Part shown: in pieces, positions 13,175 through 26,962 of the stretch
Numbering within the stretch: the first letter of the stretch is position 1
Layout: each line of letters starts with the position of its first letter
From: Somniosus microcephalus
Taxonomy: Eukaryota
Length of the DNA: 64,000 nucleotides
Direction: 5' to 3'
NCBI GenBank assembly: GCA_052327205.1
Contig: CM126210.1
Coordinates: 67,394,001-67,458,000 of the forward strand
Notes under the pieces: generated by a model
What the model was told of the DNA's origin: nothing
Databases searched by the model: none
The model's input: only the letters and a program-made list of their open reading frames with translations
Made by a program: the position numbers and the translations under genes

Positions 13175-16100
13175 TTAATCACACTCACCTTGCACACTCC
13201 TGCTGCTAGCATACAAATCAATGAATCACACTCACCGTACACACTCACTGGTAGTGTAGATCAATTAATCACACTCTGCTACAAACTCACTGGTAGCATA
13301 CAGATCAATGAATCACACTCACCTTACACACTCACTGGCAGTGTACAGATCAATGAATCACACTCAACTTACACACACAAAAGTAGTGTACAGATCAATG
13401 AATCACACTCACCATACACACTCACCAGTAGTGTACAGATCAATTAATCACACTTACCTTACATACTCACATTGGTAGAGTATAGATCAAAGAATCACAC
13501 TCACCTTACACATTCACTGGTAGTGCACAGATCAATGAATCACACTCACCTTACACACTCACTGCTATTGTACAGATCAATGAATCACACTCTGCTTACA
13601 CTCTCACTGGTACTGTACATATCAACGAATCACATTCACCTTATATACACACTGGAAGTGTACATATCAAAGAATCACACTCCCCTTACACACTCACTTT
13701 TAGTGTGCAGATGCATGAATCACACTGCCCTTACAAACTCACTGGTAGTGTCCCAATCAATGAATCAAACTCACCCTACACACTAATGCTGGTAGTGTAT
13801 GGGTCAATGAAAATTACTCAAATTACACACTCATGGGTAGTGTACAGATCAATGAATCACACTCACCTTACACACTCACCTGTAGTATACAAATCAATGA
13901 ATCACATTCAGCTTACATACTCACACTGGTAGTGTATAAATCAATAAGTCACACTCACCATGCACACTCACTGGCAGTGTGTGGATCAATGAATCACACT
14001 GGCCTTGCACACTCACTGGCAGTGTACAGATCAATCAATTACACTCACCTTACTCACTCACTGGTAGTGTACAGATCAATGAATCACACTCACTTTACAC
14101 ACTCACTGGCAGTGTATAGATCAATAAATTATACTCAGATTGCACACTCACTGGTAGTGTACAAATCAATAAATCACAGTCACCTTACAAACTTACTGGC
14201 AGTATACAGATCAATGAATCACACTCACCTTACACAATCACGTGGGTAGTGTACAGGTCAATGAATTGCTCTCACCATATACACACATATTGGTAGTGTA
14301 CAAATCAATGAAGCACACTCACCTTACACATGCACATGGGCAGTGTACAACTCAATGAATCACAGTCACCTTACACACTCATGCTGATAGTGTACAGATC
14401 AATGAATCACACTCACGGGTAGTGTACAGATAAATGAATCACACTCACCTTGCACACTCACTGGCAGTGTACAGATCAATGCATCACAATCACCTTACAC
14501 ACTCACTGGTAGTGTACAGATAAACAAATCACACTCACCTTAAACACTCACTGGCAGTGTACAGATCAATGAATCACACTCAACATACTCACTCACGTGA
14601 GTAGTGTAGGGGTCAATGAATCACACTCACCTTACACACTCACAGATAGTGTAAAGATCAATGAATTACACTCAATTTACACACTGACTGGTAGGGTTTA
14701 GATCAATGAATCACACTCACCTTACACACTCATGCTGGTAGTGTACAAATCAATGAATCACACTCACCTCACTGATTCACTGGTGGTGTACAGATCAATG
14801 CATTACACTCACCTTACACGCTCACTGGCAGCATACAGATCAATGAATCACACTCAGCTTACACACTTACTGGTGGTATACAGATCAATGGTTCACACTC
14901 TCCTTACACACTCACACTGGCAATATATAAATCAATGAATCACATTAATCTTACACACTCATTGGTAGTGTACAGATCAATGAATCACAATCACGTTACA
15001 CAATCACTAACATTGCACAGATCAATTAATCTGGCTCACCTTACACACTCACACAGCTAGTGTACAGTTCAATGAATCACATTTACCTTAAACACTCACT
15101 GGTGGTGTACAAATCAATGAATTGCATTCACCTTACACACTCACTGGTAGTGTACATATCAGTGAATCACACTCACCATACTCAATCACGTGGGTCGCGC
15201 ACAGGTCAATGAATCACACTCACCTTACATACTCACTGGTATTGTACAGATCAATGAATTGCACTCACCTTACACAATCACCATTTGTATAAAAATCAAT
15301 GAATCACACTCCCCTTACATACTCACACTGGTAGTGTACAAATCAATGAATAATACTCATATTACACACTCACCGATAGTCTACAGAACAAGGAATCACA
15401 CTCAGCTTGCACACTCACTGGCAGTGCACAGATCAATGAATCACACTCACATTTCACTCTAACTGGTAGTGTACAGATCAAAGAATCACACTCATGTTAC
15501 ACATTCACTGGTAGTGCACATATCAATGAATCACACTCACTGTACACACTCAGTGGTCGTGTACAGATCAATGAATCACACTCACCTTACACACTGATGC
15601 TGGTAGTGTACAGATCAATTGAACACACTCAAATTACACAAGCATGGGCAGTGTACAGATCAATAAATCACACTCACCTTACAGACTCACCGGTAGTGTA
15701 CTGATCAATGAATCACACTCACCTTACATACACGCTGGAAGTGTACAGATCAATGAAACACACTCCCCTAACACACACACTGGCTGTGTACAGCTCAATG
15801 AATCACACTCACCTTGCACACTCACGGGTAGTGTAGAGATCAATGAATCACACACACCTTACACATTCACTAGTAGTGTACAGATCAATGAATGACACTC
15901 ACCTTACATACTCACACTGGTAGTGTACAAATGATAGAATCACATTCACCTTACACCCTCGTGCTGGTAGTGTACAAATTAATTAATCACACTCACCTTT
16001 CACGCACACTGTTAGAGTACAGGTCAATTAATCACACTCAACTTAGACACACATGCTGGTAGTGTACAGATCAATGAATCATACTCACCCGACACACTCA

Positions 16101-19100
16101 CTGGTAGTGTACAGATCAATGAATCACATTTGCCATCACACTAACTGGTAGTGTACAGATCAATGAATAACACTCACCTTAGACACTCACTGGTAGTATA
16201 CAAATTAATGAATCACACTCACCTTACACACTCACACAGGTAGTGTACAGGTCAATGAATAACTCTCACATTACACACTCACTGGTAGTGTACAGATCAA
16301 TGAATAACGCTCACCATACACACTCACTGGCAGTGTACAGAAGAATGAATCACACTCACCTTACACAGAAATGCTGGCAGTGCACAAATCAATTAATCAC
16401 ACTCACCTTACACACTCACGCAGGTAGTGCACAGGTCAATGAATGACACTCATTTACACACTCATGCAAGTAGTGGACAGGTCAATGAATCGCACTAACC
16501 TGACACACTCACTGGAGGTGTACAGATCAATGAATTACCCTCACCATATACACTCATTGATAGTGTATAGATGAATGAATCACACTCACCTTACACACTC
16601 ATGCTGGCAGTGTACAGGTCTATGAATCACACTCATTGGTAGTGTACAGATCAATGATTTACACTCACCTTGCACACTGACTGGCAGTGTATAGATCAAT
16701 GAATCACACTCACCTTGCACACTCACTGGTTTTGCATAGGTTAATGAATCACACTCACATTACACACTCACTGGCAGTTTATAGATCAATGAATCACACT
16801 CACCTTGCCCGCCCACTTGTAGTGAACAGATCAAATAATCATACTCGCCTGACACACTCACTGGTAGTGTACAGATCAATGATCCCATTCACCTTCACAC
16901 TCATGCTGGTAGTGCACAGAGCAATAAATCACACTCAACTTGCACACTCATGCTGATAGTGTACAAATCAATGAATCACACTCACCTTGCACACTCATTG
17001 GTAGTGTACCAGTCAATTAATCACACTCACCTTGCACACTCATGTGGGTAGGATACAGGTCAGTGAATCACACTCACCTTACACACTCACTGGAGGTGTA
17101 CAGATCAATGAATCACACCCACCTTACACACTCCTGCTGGTAGTGTACACATCAATGAATCACACTCACCTTACTGACTCACAGGTAGTGTACAGATCAA
17201 TGAATCACACTCACCTTACACACTCACTGGCAGTGTACAGACCAATTAATCACATTCACCTTACACACTCCCTGGTAGTATACCGATCAATCATTCAAAT
17301 TCTTCTTACACCCTCACACTGATAATATACTGATCAATGAGTCACACTCACCTTACACTCTCACTGGCAGTTTATGGATCAATGAATCATTCTAATCTTA
17401 CACACTCACTGGTAGTGTACTGAACAATGAATCACACTCATGTTACACACTCACCAACAGTGAACAGATCAATCACATTCACCTTCACAATCACTGGTAG
17501 TGTACAGATCAATATATCACATGCACCTTACACACTCACTGGTAGTGTACAAATCAATGAATCACACTCACCTTACACACTCACTGGCAGTGTACAGATC
17601 AATGAATCACATTCAACGTACACACGCACGCGGGTAGTGCACAGGTGAATGAATCACACGCACCTTACACACTCACTGGTAGTGCACAGATCAATGAATA
17701 ATTCTCACCTTACACACTCACTGATAGTGTACAGATCAATTAATCATATTCAGCTTCATACTCACTGGTAGTGTACAGATCAATAAATCAAACTCACCTT
17801 ACACACTCACACTGGTAATGTACAGATCAATGAATAACACACACCTTACGGACTCACAGGTGGTGTACAGAGCAATGAACCACACTCACCTTACACACTC
17901 ACGTGGGCCGTGTACATGTCAATGAATCACACTCATCTTACACACTCCCTGGTAGTATACAGATCAATGATTCACACACTCCTACACACTCACGCTGGTA
18001 GTGTACAGATCAATGAATCACACTCACCTTACACACGCACTGGAAGTGTACAGATCAGTGGACCACGCTCACTGGTAGTATACAGATTAATGATTCACAC
18101 TCACTTTGCACACTCACTGGCAGTGTATAGATCAATGAATCACACTCACCTTACACACTCACTGGTAGTGTACAGATCAATGAATCACACTCACGTTACA
18201 CTCTCACCGACAGTGCACAGATCAATGAATCATGCTCACCTTACACCCTCACTGGCAGTATACAGCTCGATGAATCACACTCACCTTACACACTCAATGG
18301 AATTGTATAGATCAATGAATCACACTCAACTTGCACAGTCACTGGCAGTGTACAGATCAATGAATCACGCTCACCTTACACACTCACTGGTAGTGTACAG
18401 ATCAATGAATCACACTCACCTTACACGCTCTCTGGTAATGCACAGATCAATGATTCAATAAATCACATAACACACTCATGTTGGTAGTGTACAGATCAAT
18501 GATTAACACTCACCTTACACTCTCACTGGTAGTGTACAGATCAATGAATCACATGCAGCTTAAACACTCACTGGAAGTGTGCAGATCAATGAATCACACT
18601 CACCTTACACACTCACTGGTAGTGTACAGATCAATGAATCACACTCACCTTACACATTCCCTGGTAATGTACAGATCGATGAATCACACTCACCTTACAC
18701 ACTCACTGGTTGTGTACAGATCAAGGAATCACACTCACCTTACAAAGTCACGCTGGTAGTGTACAAATCAATGAATCAGACTCACCATACACACTCACTG
18801 GTAATGTACAGATCAATGAATTATACTCACCTTACACACACACTGGAAGGGTACAGATCAATGGATCACACTCACTGGTAGTTTACAGATTAATTAATCA
18901 CACTCACCTTGTACACTCACTGGCAGTGTATGGATCAATGAATCACACTCACCTTACACACTCACAGGCCATGAATAGTTGAATGAATCACACTCACCTT
19001 AAACACTCACTGGCAGTGTATAGATAAATGAATCACAGTCACCTTACACACTCACCCGTAGTGTACAGATCAATGAATCACACTCGCATTACACTCTCAC

Positions 19101-20780
19101 CAACAGAGCACAGATCAATGAATGATACTCACCTTACACACTCACTGGCAGTATACAGAACGAATAATCACACTCACCTTACACACTCACTGGAATTGTA
19201 TAGATCAATGAATCATACTCGCCTTGCACACTCACTGGCAGTGTACAGATCAAGGAATAACACTAACCATACACACTCATTGTTAGTGTACAGTTCAATC
19301 AATCACACTCACCTTACACACTCACTGGTTTTGTACAGATCAATGAATCAAACTCACCTTACACATTCCCTGGTAATATACAGATCAATGATTCACAATC
19401 ACCTTACACACTCACGCTGGTAGTGTACAGATCAATGATTAACACTTACCTTACACTCTCACTGGTAGTGTACAGATTAATTAATCACACTCACCTTACA
19501 CACTGATGCTGGTAGCGTACAGATCAATGAAGAACACTCACCTTATACACTCTGCGGTGGTGTACAGATCGATGAATCATACTCACCTTATACACTCACT
19601 GGTCGTGTACAGATCAATGAATCACATTCACCTTACAAAATCACGCTGGTAGTGTACAAATCAATGAATCAGACTCACCATACACACTCACTGGTAATGT
19701 ACAGATCAATGAATCAAACTCACCTTACACACTCACTGACAATGCACAGACCAAGGAATCACACACACCATACTAATTCACTGGCATTGTACAGATCAAT
19801 GAATCACACTCACCTTACACACTCACTGGTAGTGTACAGATGAATGACTCACACTCACCTTACACTCTCACTGGCAGTGTACAGATCAATGAATCAAACT
19901 CACTTTACACTCGCTGGTAGTGTACAGGTCAATGAATCACACTCACGTTACGTACTTACTAGTAGTGTACAGGTCAACTATTCACACTCACCTTACACAC
20001 TCACAGTGGTAGTGTACAAGTCCATGAATCACACTCACCCTACACACTAACGGGTAGTGTACTGATCAATGAATCACACTCATCTTATACTCTCAATGGT
20101 ACTGTACAGATGAATGCATCACACTCACCTTACACACGCACTGGAAGTGTGCAGATCAATGAATCACACTCACATTTCACACTCACTGGTAGTGTACAGA
20201 TCAAAGAATCACACTCACGTTACACATTCACTAGTAGTGCATATATCAATGAATCACACTCACCGTACACACTCACTGGAATTGTACAGATCAATGAATC
20301 GCACTCACCTTACACACTGACACTTGTAGTGTACAGATCAATGAAACACACTCAACTTACACACTCACGAGTAGTATATTTATCAATGGATCACACTCAC
20401 CTTACACACTGACCAGTAGTGTACAGATCAATGAATCACACTGACCTTACATATTCACACTACCTGTACCAACAGCAGGGGATACCACTCTCTCAACATG
20501 CTGCTGATCTTTGACTAGTGACTCTACATCATCCAAGTTAGTCCTCTCTTCCCTTGCAGTGACATTGCTGCCTTTGTTTGAAAGTAGTCAATGCACCAGC
20601 AGTCTTCCCGCCTGAAAGATAAGTTTGAGGATGTCTTCGGGCATATCAGACTATGCCCTGCAGCCATGGCTGAGGACATAGGTGTGGCTTCCAAGGAATC
20701 GAGCTGAGAATCTGTAATATGAGACCCGTGCAGCAACCAACCAGCATCATGCCTGGCTTGTTGAAGGCATACTTCCGAAC

Positions 20781-20940
20781 TGGAATTCCCTTCCTAAACC
20801 TCTCCATCTTTCTCTCCTGGTTTAAGACACTCCTTAAAATCTATCTCTTTGACCAAGCCTTTGGTCACCTGTCCTATTATCTACTTATGTGGCTCGGTGT
20901 CAAATCTCGCATGATATAAATGCAAGTTGTTGTTGTTGTT
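20781..20940 (+). mobile_element. L2-type LINE 3' end fragment
   Basis: tggaattccc...ctttgaccaagc...gtggctcggtgtcaaa...(TTG)n tail, shared with other copies in the window. Confidence 0.7.
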
Positions 20941-21103
20941 GTGTGCTGCAGAACTTTGCCTCACAAAGATATCTCACCATTGTGGCCCCAATGGAGAAGA
21001 CACCATCAGCAGTAGAAGAAGCAACAACCTGTAGAGGAAGCAAAGGACAAGCTATTGCCAGCTGCAAGATAGATTTGTGCCATTCTCATATGTAATATCT
21101 CTT

Positions 21104-21250
21104 GGGCAGGATTTCTGTATTAACTGTTCTGTCTACAGCTCCTCCCACCACAAAGGTGGCAACAGAAATCAGAATCAGGGCATTTCTCTAATGGGCGGCT
21201 GATCCACAACGTCAGTGTTACACTTGGGTGGCAAGTGGGAAATCTACCTC
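21104..21250. mobile_element. Short Harbinger-like MITE
   Basis: Imperfect TIRs gggcaggattt / aaatctacctc with a 3-bp TSD (CTT). Confidence 0.5.
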
Positions 21251-21459
21251 CTTTATCGTCTGTGTCCCTTTCTCTGTGCTAAACCCTCCCATATTTCCCA
21301 TTCATTCTACCCAGTCAAATCAACTTCCACATCTCTTCAGAGCCAAACTTGACACGTACAACAACTTTAGTGTCACCATTACCCATTGTGCATGCAAGCA
21401 TGTGTGTGTCTGTCTGTGTCCCCTCCCAAAACCTCTCTGCAGCTGTGGCTCAGTGGGTA

Positions 21460-22935
21460 GCTCTCTTACCTGTGGGTCAGCAGGTTGTGGGTTCAAGTCG
21501 CACTCCATGAGACTTGAGCACATAATCTAGGCTGACACTCCAGTGCAGTACTGAGGGGTGCTGCCCTATCAGATGTGCCGTCTTTCAGATGAGATGTTAA
21601 ACTGAGGCCTTGCTGCACTCTCAGGTGGGCGGAAATGAACCCATGGCACTATTTTGTAGAAGAGCAGGGGAATTCTCCCTGGTGTCCTGGGACAATATCA
21701 ACATCACTGAAACAGTTTATCAGATCATTATTTCATTGCTGTTTGTGGGAGCTGTGTGCAAATTAGTTGACCCATTATCTATAACAACAACAACAACTTG
21801 TATTTATATAGCACCTTTAACGTAGTAAAACTTCCCAAGGGGCATCTCAGGAGTATTTTAAGACAAAAAATTTGACACCGAGCCACATAAGGAGAAATTA
21901 GGGCAGGTGACCAAAAGCTTGGTCAAAGAGGTAGGTTTTAAGGAGCATCTTAAAGGAGGAAAGAGAGGTAGAGAAGCCGAGAGGTTTAGGCAGGGAATTC
22001 CAGAGCTTAGAGCCAAGGCAACAGAGGGCACAGAAACCAATGGTTGAGCGATTATAATCAGGGATGCTCAAGAGGGCAGAATTAGAGGAGCGCAGATATC
22101 TTGGGGAGTTGTGGGGCTGAAGGAAATTACAGAAATAGGGAGAGGCGAGGCCATGGAGTAATTTGAAAACAAGGATGAGAATTTTGAAATTGAGGCGTTG
22201 CTGGACCAGGAGTCAATGTAGGTCAGCGAGCACAGGGGTGATGGGTGAACGGGACTTGCTGCGAGTTAGGACACGGGCAGCCGAGTTTTGGATCACCTCA
22301 AGTTTACGTAGGGTAGAATGTGGGAGGCCAGCCAGGAGTGCGTTGGAATAGTCAAGCCTAGCGGTTATAAAGGCATGCATGAGGGTTTCAGCAGTGGATG
22401 AGCTGAGGCAAGGGCGAAGCCTGGCGATGTTACAGTGGTGGAAATAGGCGGTCTTAGTTATGATGCGGATATGTGGTCAGGAGCTCAATTCAGGGTCAAA
22501 TATGACACTAAGGTTGCGAACAGTGTGATTCAGCCTCAGACAGATGTTAGGGAGAGGGATGAAGTCAATAGCTAGGGAACAGAGTTTGTGGCGGGGACCA
22601 AAAACAATGGCTTTGGTCTTCCCAATGTTTAATTGGAGAAAATTTCTGCTCATCCAGAACTGGATGTCGGACAAGCAGTCTGACAATTTAGAGACCGTGG
22701 AGGGGTCGAGAGAAGCGGTAGTGAGGTAGAGCTGGGTGTCATCAGCGTACATGTGGAAACTGATGCTGTGTTTTCAGATGATTTTGCCAAGGGGCAACAT
22801 GTAGATGAGAAATAGGAGGGGGCCAAGGACAGATCCTTAAAACAGTGACTACACTGCAAAAAAGTACTTCATTGGCTGTAAAGCGTTTTGAGGCATTTTG
22901 ATGTCATGAAAGGCGCTGTAGAAATGCAAGTTCTT
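21460..22935 (+). mobile_element. tRNA-derived DeuSINE (SacSINE1-like), split by an L2 insertion at about 21783-22840
   Basis: A box gtggctcagtgggt and B box ggttcaagtc; Deu-like core ttgctgtttgtgggagc; the tail resumes at 22841. Confidence 0.75.
21783..22840 (-). mobile_element. L2 LINE, 5'-truncated (RT C-terminus plus 3' UTR)
   Basis: QGSVLGP, YADDTQLY and NFLQLNIGKT motifs on -, with a (CAA)n tail. Confidence 0.9.
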
Positions 22936-23558
22936 TTTAACAAACTTCTGATGTTCTAGACTTTAATGTAAAAATTTATAATCTCTCAGTTTTGTTGTGG
23001 ATTCTTATCGCCGTGATTATGGTGTCAACTTTAATACAGTAAACAATAGCTTGACTCCTAGGTCCCAGTCCTTTTGGAGATAAGGGGGTTAGGATGAATG
23101 ATATACAACCTCTGGTCACATTCATGAACTGCTGGGTGCGGGAGCCAAGTTAAAGGGTTATTTTGTGAGAGTAGACGATTGCTGTGACTCCTGAGGGGCT
23201 CAACTTACCTCGGAAATACTTCTGTGTGATGTAGCGTGTAGCATGAGGTGATTCAAATGACATCTGACACTGTATTGGTTTCTTTGAGAGCCATCCTGCT
23301 CTCTGGTTACTATAGTTACCGGGTATTGCTCATGACATAGTGAGAGTGTTATTCACATTTACTGGGCTACCTGCCTCTGATCCTATCACGTTACAGGAAT
23401 GAGGACAAATGTGGTTCGTAATGATGCAACAAAGGTCAAGCATTCTCTGCACAGCCTGTTGTTTTCTAAACCTCTGCCTGCCTTGTCTGTTTTTCTCTTT
23501 AGCACTGCTGTCAACAATTTCTTGATATTAATTTGTTGTTTGGAAAGGCCCAGATTTT
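22850..23558 (-). repeat. Left arm of an inverted duplication (partner 26222-26617 plus 32003-32300)
   Basis: Direct reverse-complement identity, for example 23165-23330 versus 26455-26617. Confidence 0.92.
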
Positions 23559-23569
23559 CATCTTATACA

Positions 23570-23955
23570 CTGGGGTTGCCAACCCTCCAGGATTATCCTG
23601 GAGTCTCCAGGAATTGAAGACTAATCTCCAGGACACACTGCTGCCAGCAAAAACCCGGAGGAAAATCAAAGGGCTGTTATAGTATTTTTTTTTAATTTGC
23701 TTTGGACACCTTTGTTTATTGATTATAAAGATATTTAAACATGGGAATAAAGGCTGTTTGGCTGACAGTCAAGAATCATCCAATCGGGTAATGAAGAGTC
23801 TGTTTGCTTTCCGATTGGTGCGGGAAGGCGGGCGTCGCAATGATGGGCGTGTCGGTGACCAGTGGCCTAAATGTGGGGGCGGGGCCCCGGGCAGAGGTGG
23901 GAGGTCATGTGGTGAAACCTCCAGGAATATGTCCAATCAGAGTTGGCAACCCCTA
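23570..23955. mobile_element. hAT-like (Blackjack-type TIR) MITE
   Basis: TIRs ggggttgccaa / ttggcaaccccta. Related copies at 39496-39767 and about 41659-41945. Confidence 0.7.
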
Positions 23956-24396
23956 TCTTACACCCAAATTAGAAGACTGATGTTCGGGAATCTTGTGTTG
24001 ATCAGCAGCAAGATTCACCGAGTACAAAACATGGCTGTTCAGTGTTCGTTTTTTCATTTTTAGTGCAGTACTGAGGGAGTGCCGCACCGCTGGAGGTGCC
24101 ATCCTTCAGGCTGAGCTGTTAAACCGAGGCTCCCTCTGCCTGTTCAGCAGAATGATGCTATTTGAAGAAGAGGTTTCTCCTGGTGTCCTGGACAGCATTT
24201 GTCCCTCAATGAACAAACCCTCCAAAGGGTCAAATGGCGTGACATGCAGTGAGGAGAATGCCGCTGATACCTTTTGTGAGGTCAATGCCTGTAAGGGTGT
24301 GCATGATGAAGCACTTTCAAGTGAGGATTGAGGGTGTAAAGGGCAGTGGGCTGTGTCATGGGCAGTAATGGTAAGCCATTCAAGCAACTCAGTGTT

Positions 24397-24765
24397 ACAT
24401 AGAATTACATAGAATTTACAGCACAGGAACAGGCCATTTGGCCCAACTGGTGTGTGCTGGTGTTTATGCTCCACACGAGCCTCCTCCTGCCCCTCTTCAT
24501 CTCACCTTATCAGCATATCCTTCTATTCCTTTCGTCCTCATGTACCTATCTAGCTTCCCCTTAAATGTATCTATGCCATTCGCCCCAACTACTCCCTGTG
24601 GCAGCGAGTTCCACATTCTCACCACTCTCTGGGTAAAGAAGTTTCTCTTGAATTCCCTACTGGATTTACTAGTGACTATCTTATATTTATGACCCCTAGT
24701 TTTGTGCTCCCCCTACAAGTGGAAACATCTTCTCTATGACTACCCTATCAAACCCCTTCATAATT
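24397..24765 (-). mobile_element. CR1 LINE 3' end fragment
   Basis: catagaattacatagaat tail plus RNFFTQRVVRMWN coding sequence on -. Confidence 0.85.
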
Positions 24766-24870
24766 AAAAAAAAGGACTTACATTTATATGGCGCCTTTCA
24801 TGGCCACCGGACGTCTCAAAGCGTTTTACAGCCAACGAAGTAATTTTGGAATGTAGTCACTGTTGCAATG

Positions 24871-24965
24871 TTAAAGACCTCTATTAGTTGTAATATTAAA
24901 GACCTCTATTAGTTGTAATGTTAATGACCTCTATTAGTTGTAATATTAAAGACCTCTATTAGTTG
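24871..24965. repeat. 25-bp tandem repeat, about 4 copies
   Basis: ttaaagacctctattagttgtaat(a/g) repeated. Confidence 0.85.
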
Positions 24966-25319
24966 CGTGAGATGTAGGTGCTAGTCAACGGCAGACTAGT
25001 TTAGGACAAGCAGCCTTAGAAGGTGTGGGTGGCTTCTCTTACCTTGTCTGCCCTGGTGAGGTCATTAAACTGCTTGATGCACTACATGGCAGTGCATAGG
25101 GTGGTTGACTTGGTATTGACTACAAAGCAACCACCTCCTTTCACAGGTCCTAAGCTGTTATCTTAGGCGGTCTCTGTGTCCATCCCCAAAGAATGAACGT
25201 GTCAGAATCTTTCAGGCTTTTGTATAGGCAGATATTTTTTCCTGTGCCTACCCCTTTAAGTTCATGCATGCCTTTAAATCCTGAAATAACATGCTCCAAT
25301 TGGAGATTTTCACAATAAA

Positions 25320-25570
25320 GAAAAGAAAGAATTTACATTTATATAGCGCCTTTCACGACTTCAGGACATCTCAAAGCGCTTTGCAGCTAATGAAGTATTT
25401 TTGAAGTGTAGTCACTGTTGTAATGTAAGAAACGTGGCAGCCAATTTATGCACAGCAAGATCCCACAAACAGCAATGTGATAATGACCAGATAATCTGTT
25501 TTAGTGATGTTGGTTGAGGGATAAATATTGGCCAGGACACCGGGGAGAACTCCCCTGCTCTTCTTCAAAT
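25320..25570 (-). mobile_element. DeuSINE fragment (core plus tail)
   Basis: Reverse complement of the copy at 44815-45270. Confidence 0.8.
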
Positions 25571-25710
25571 ACAGGAAACTTTTGTTTAACCGGAGGTTAA
25601 ATGTCCGGAAAGCTCTATCTACCGGCAAAATTCAGGAGCCGTTTCCTATAAGTTTTTTTACTTCTCGTTGCTTTTTTTTCCAGTCAGGCTCTGCAAGGTC
25701 TAGCTGAAGC

Positions 25711-25776
25711 TGTTGCTTAGCTACAGAGACGCTTTTAAGCTGCGGCCAACTGTTTTGAAGCTGTTGCTAAGCAACA
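25711..25776. promoter_or_regulatory. Pair of RFX X-box-like palindromes
   Basis: GTTGCTTAGCTAC and GTTGCTAAGCAAC about 50 bp apart. This is a motif match only. Confidence 0.4.
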
Positions 25777-26221
25777 GGGTTTTTTGATTCACACGGAGCT
25801 CAAAAGCTCCGTATGTTTTAACATTAGCGCTGGTTTCTGTATTGACTTGTATGTGGGTTCAATGACGACACATTCATGAAAGAGAATGAGTTTTAATCTA
25901 GTCTGTTCAACTCTTTTTAACAGCTTTACAGGAGACATCATGCTAGTGATCCATCTAGAATGAAACTGAAACTAAACCAAACTGCTTGTCTCTGTCACAT
26001 GACCTCTGCTGGTCAGGCATAAGTAATCAATACATGCAAACATGCTGGTAAGGCATCATAATCAAACAGGCAAATAACATCACTATTTGCTGATATCATT
26101 ACAGTTTCTATGGCAGTTTTGATGGTATGGCACCAGCTCGGTCCCATCAGTGCCAGATACCAGAAAGTTTCCTGTAGTGCCATGAGATCTTTTGCATCCA
26201 CATGAGAGGGCACATGGCAGT

Positions 26222-26617
26222 GGAAATCTGGGTCTTTCCAAACAACAAATTGCTATCGAGAAATTGTTGACAGCAGTGCTGAAGAGAAAAACAGTCAAGG
26301 CAGGCAGAGGTTTAGAAAGCAACAGGCTGTGCAGAGAATGCTTGACCTTTGTTGCATCATTATGAACCACATTTGTCCTCATTCCTGTAATGTGATAGGA
26401 TCAGAGGCAGGTAGCCCAGTAAATGTGAATAACACGCTCACTGTGTCATGTGTAATACCCGGTAACTATAGTAACCAGAGAGCAGGATGGCTCTCAAAGA
26501 AACCAATACAGTGTCAGATGTCATATGAATCACCTCATGCTACACGCTACATCACACAGAAGTATTTCCGAGGTAAGTTGAGCCCCTCAGGAGTCACAGC
26601 AATCGTCTACTCTCACA
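26222..26617 (+). repeat. Right arm (inner part) of the inverted duplication, with a candidate splice donor GAG|GTAAGT at 26573
   Basis: Reverse complement of 23165-23558. Confidence 0.92.
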
Positions 26618-26729
26618 ATGCGCTCTTCCAATTCTGGCCTCTTGCGTATCTCCGATTTCCATCACTCCACCATTGGTGGCCGTGCCTTCAGCTGCCTAGG
26701 CCCTGAGCTCTGGAATTCCCTCCCTAAAC

Positions 26730-26962
26730 TGTAGTGTATGTAACCTGTACCACCTTAAGAGGATACCTTAAGGTGATGGACTACTTTCTGATGGCTCCTG
26801 TACATTGTAGTACCGGTGGTGACCACACCGGTATATAAACCCTGTGGAGCAAAGTGTATTTCAGTTCAGCCCTGACCCTCAGTTACTAAAGACCTGTTTA
26901 AGTATTCTGTAGTCTGTGTCCAGTTATTCAGCATAACTACATTTGAAAGCACAGACTCAACA
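26730..26962 (+). repeat. 5' LTR
   Basis: TG...CA, contains TATATAAA, identical by eye to 31571-31803. Confidence 0.97.

Larger units (their letters stand above)
3131..20462. repeat. 45-bp satellite array with 47-bp and shorter variants, interrupted by a CR1 at 10031-13174
   Basis: Consensus gtgtacagatcaatgaatcacactcaccttacacactcactggta in hundreds of diverged copies. It produces the spurious VYRSMNHTHLTHSLV ORFs. Confidence 0.97.

Noticed and set aside
3211-20412. Dozens of His-rich ORFs (MNHTHLTHSL...)
   Set aside because: They are translations of the 45-bp satellite with frequent frameshifts and stops.
26329-26706. 125-aa ORF as a host protein, or a TGA-readthrough frame starting MALKETNTVSDVI
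   Set aside because: The paralogous arm has stops in that frame, the ORF end runs into L2 sequence, and I saw no domain or SECIS evidence.
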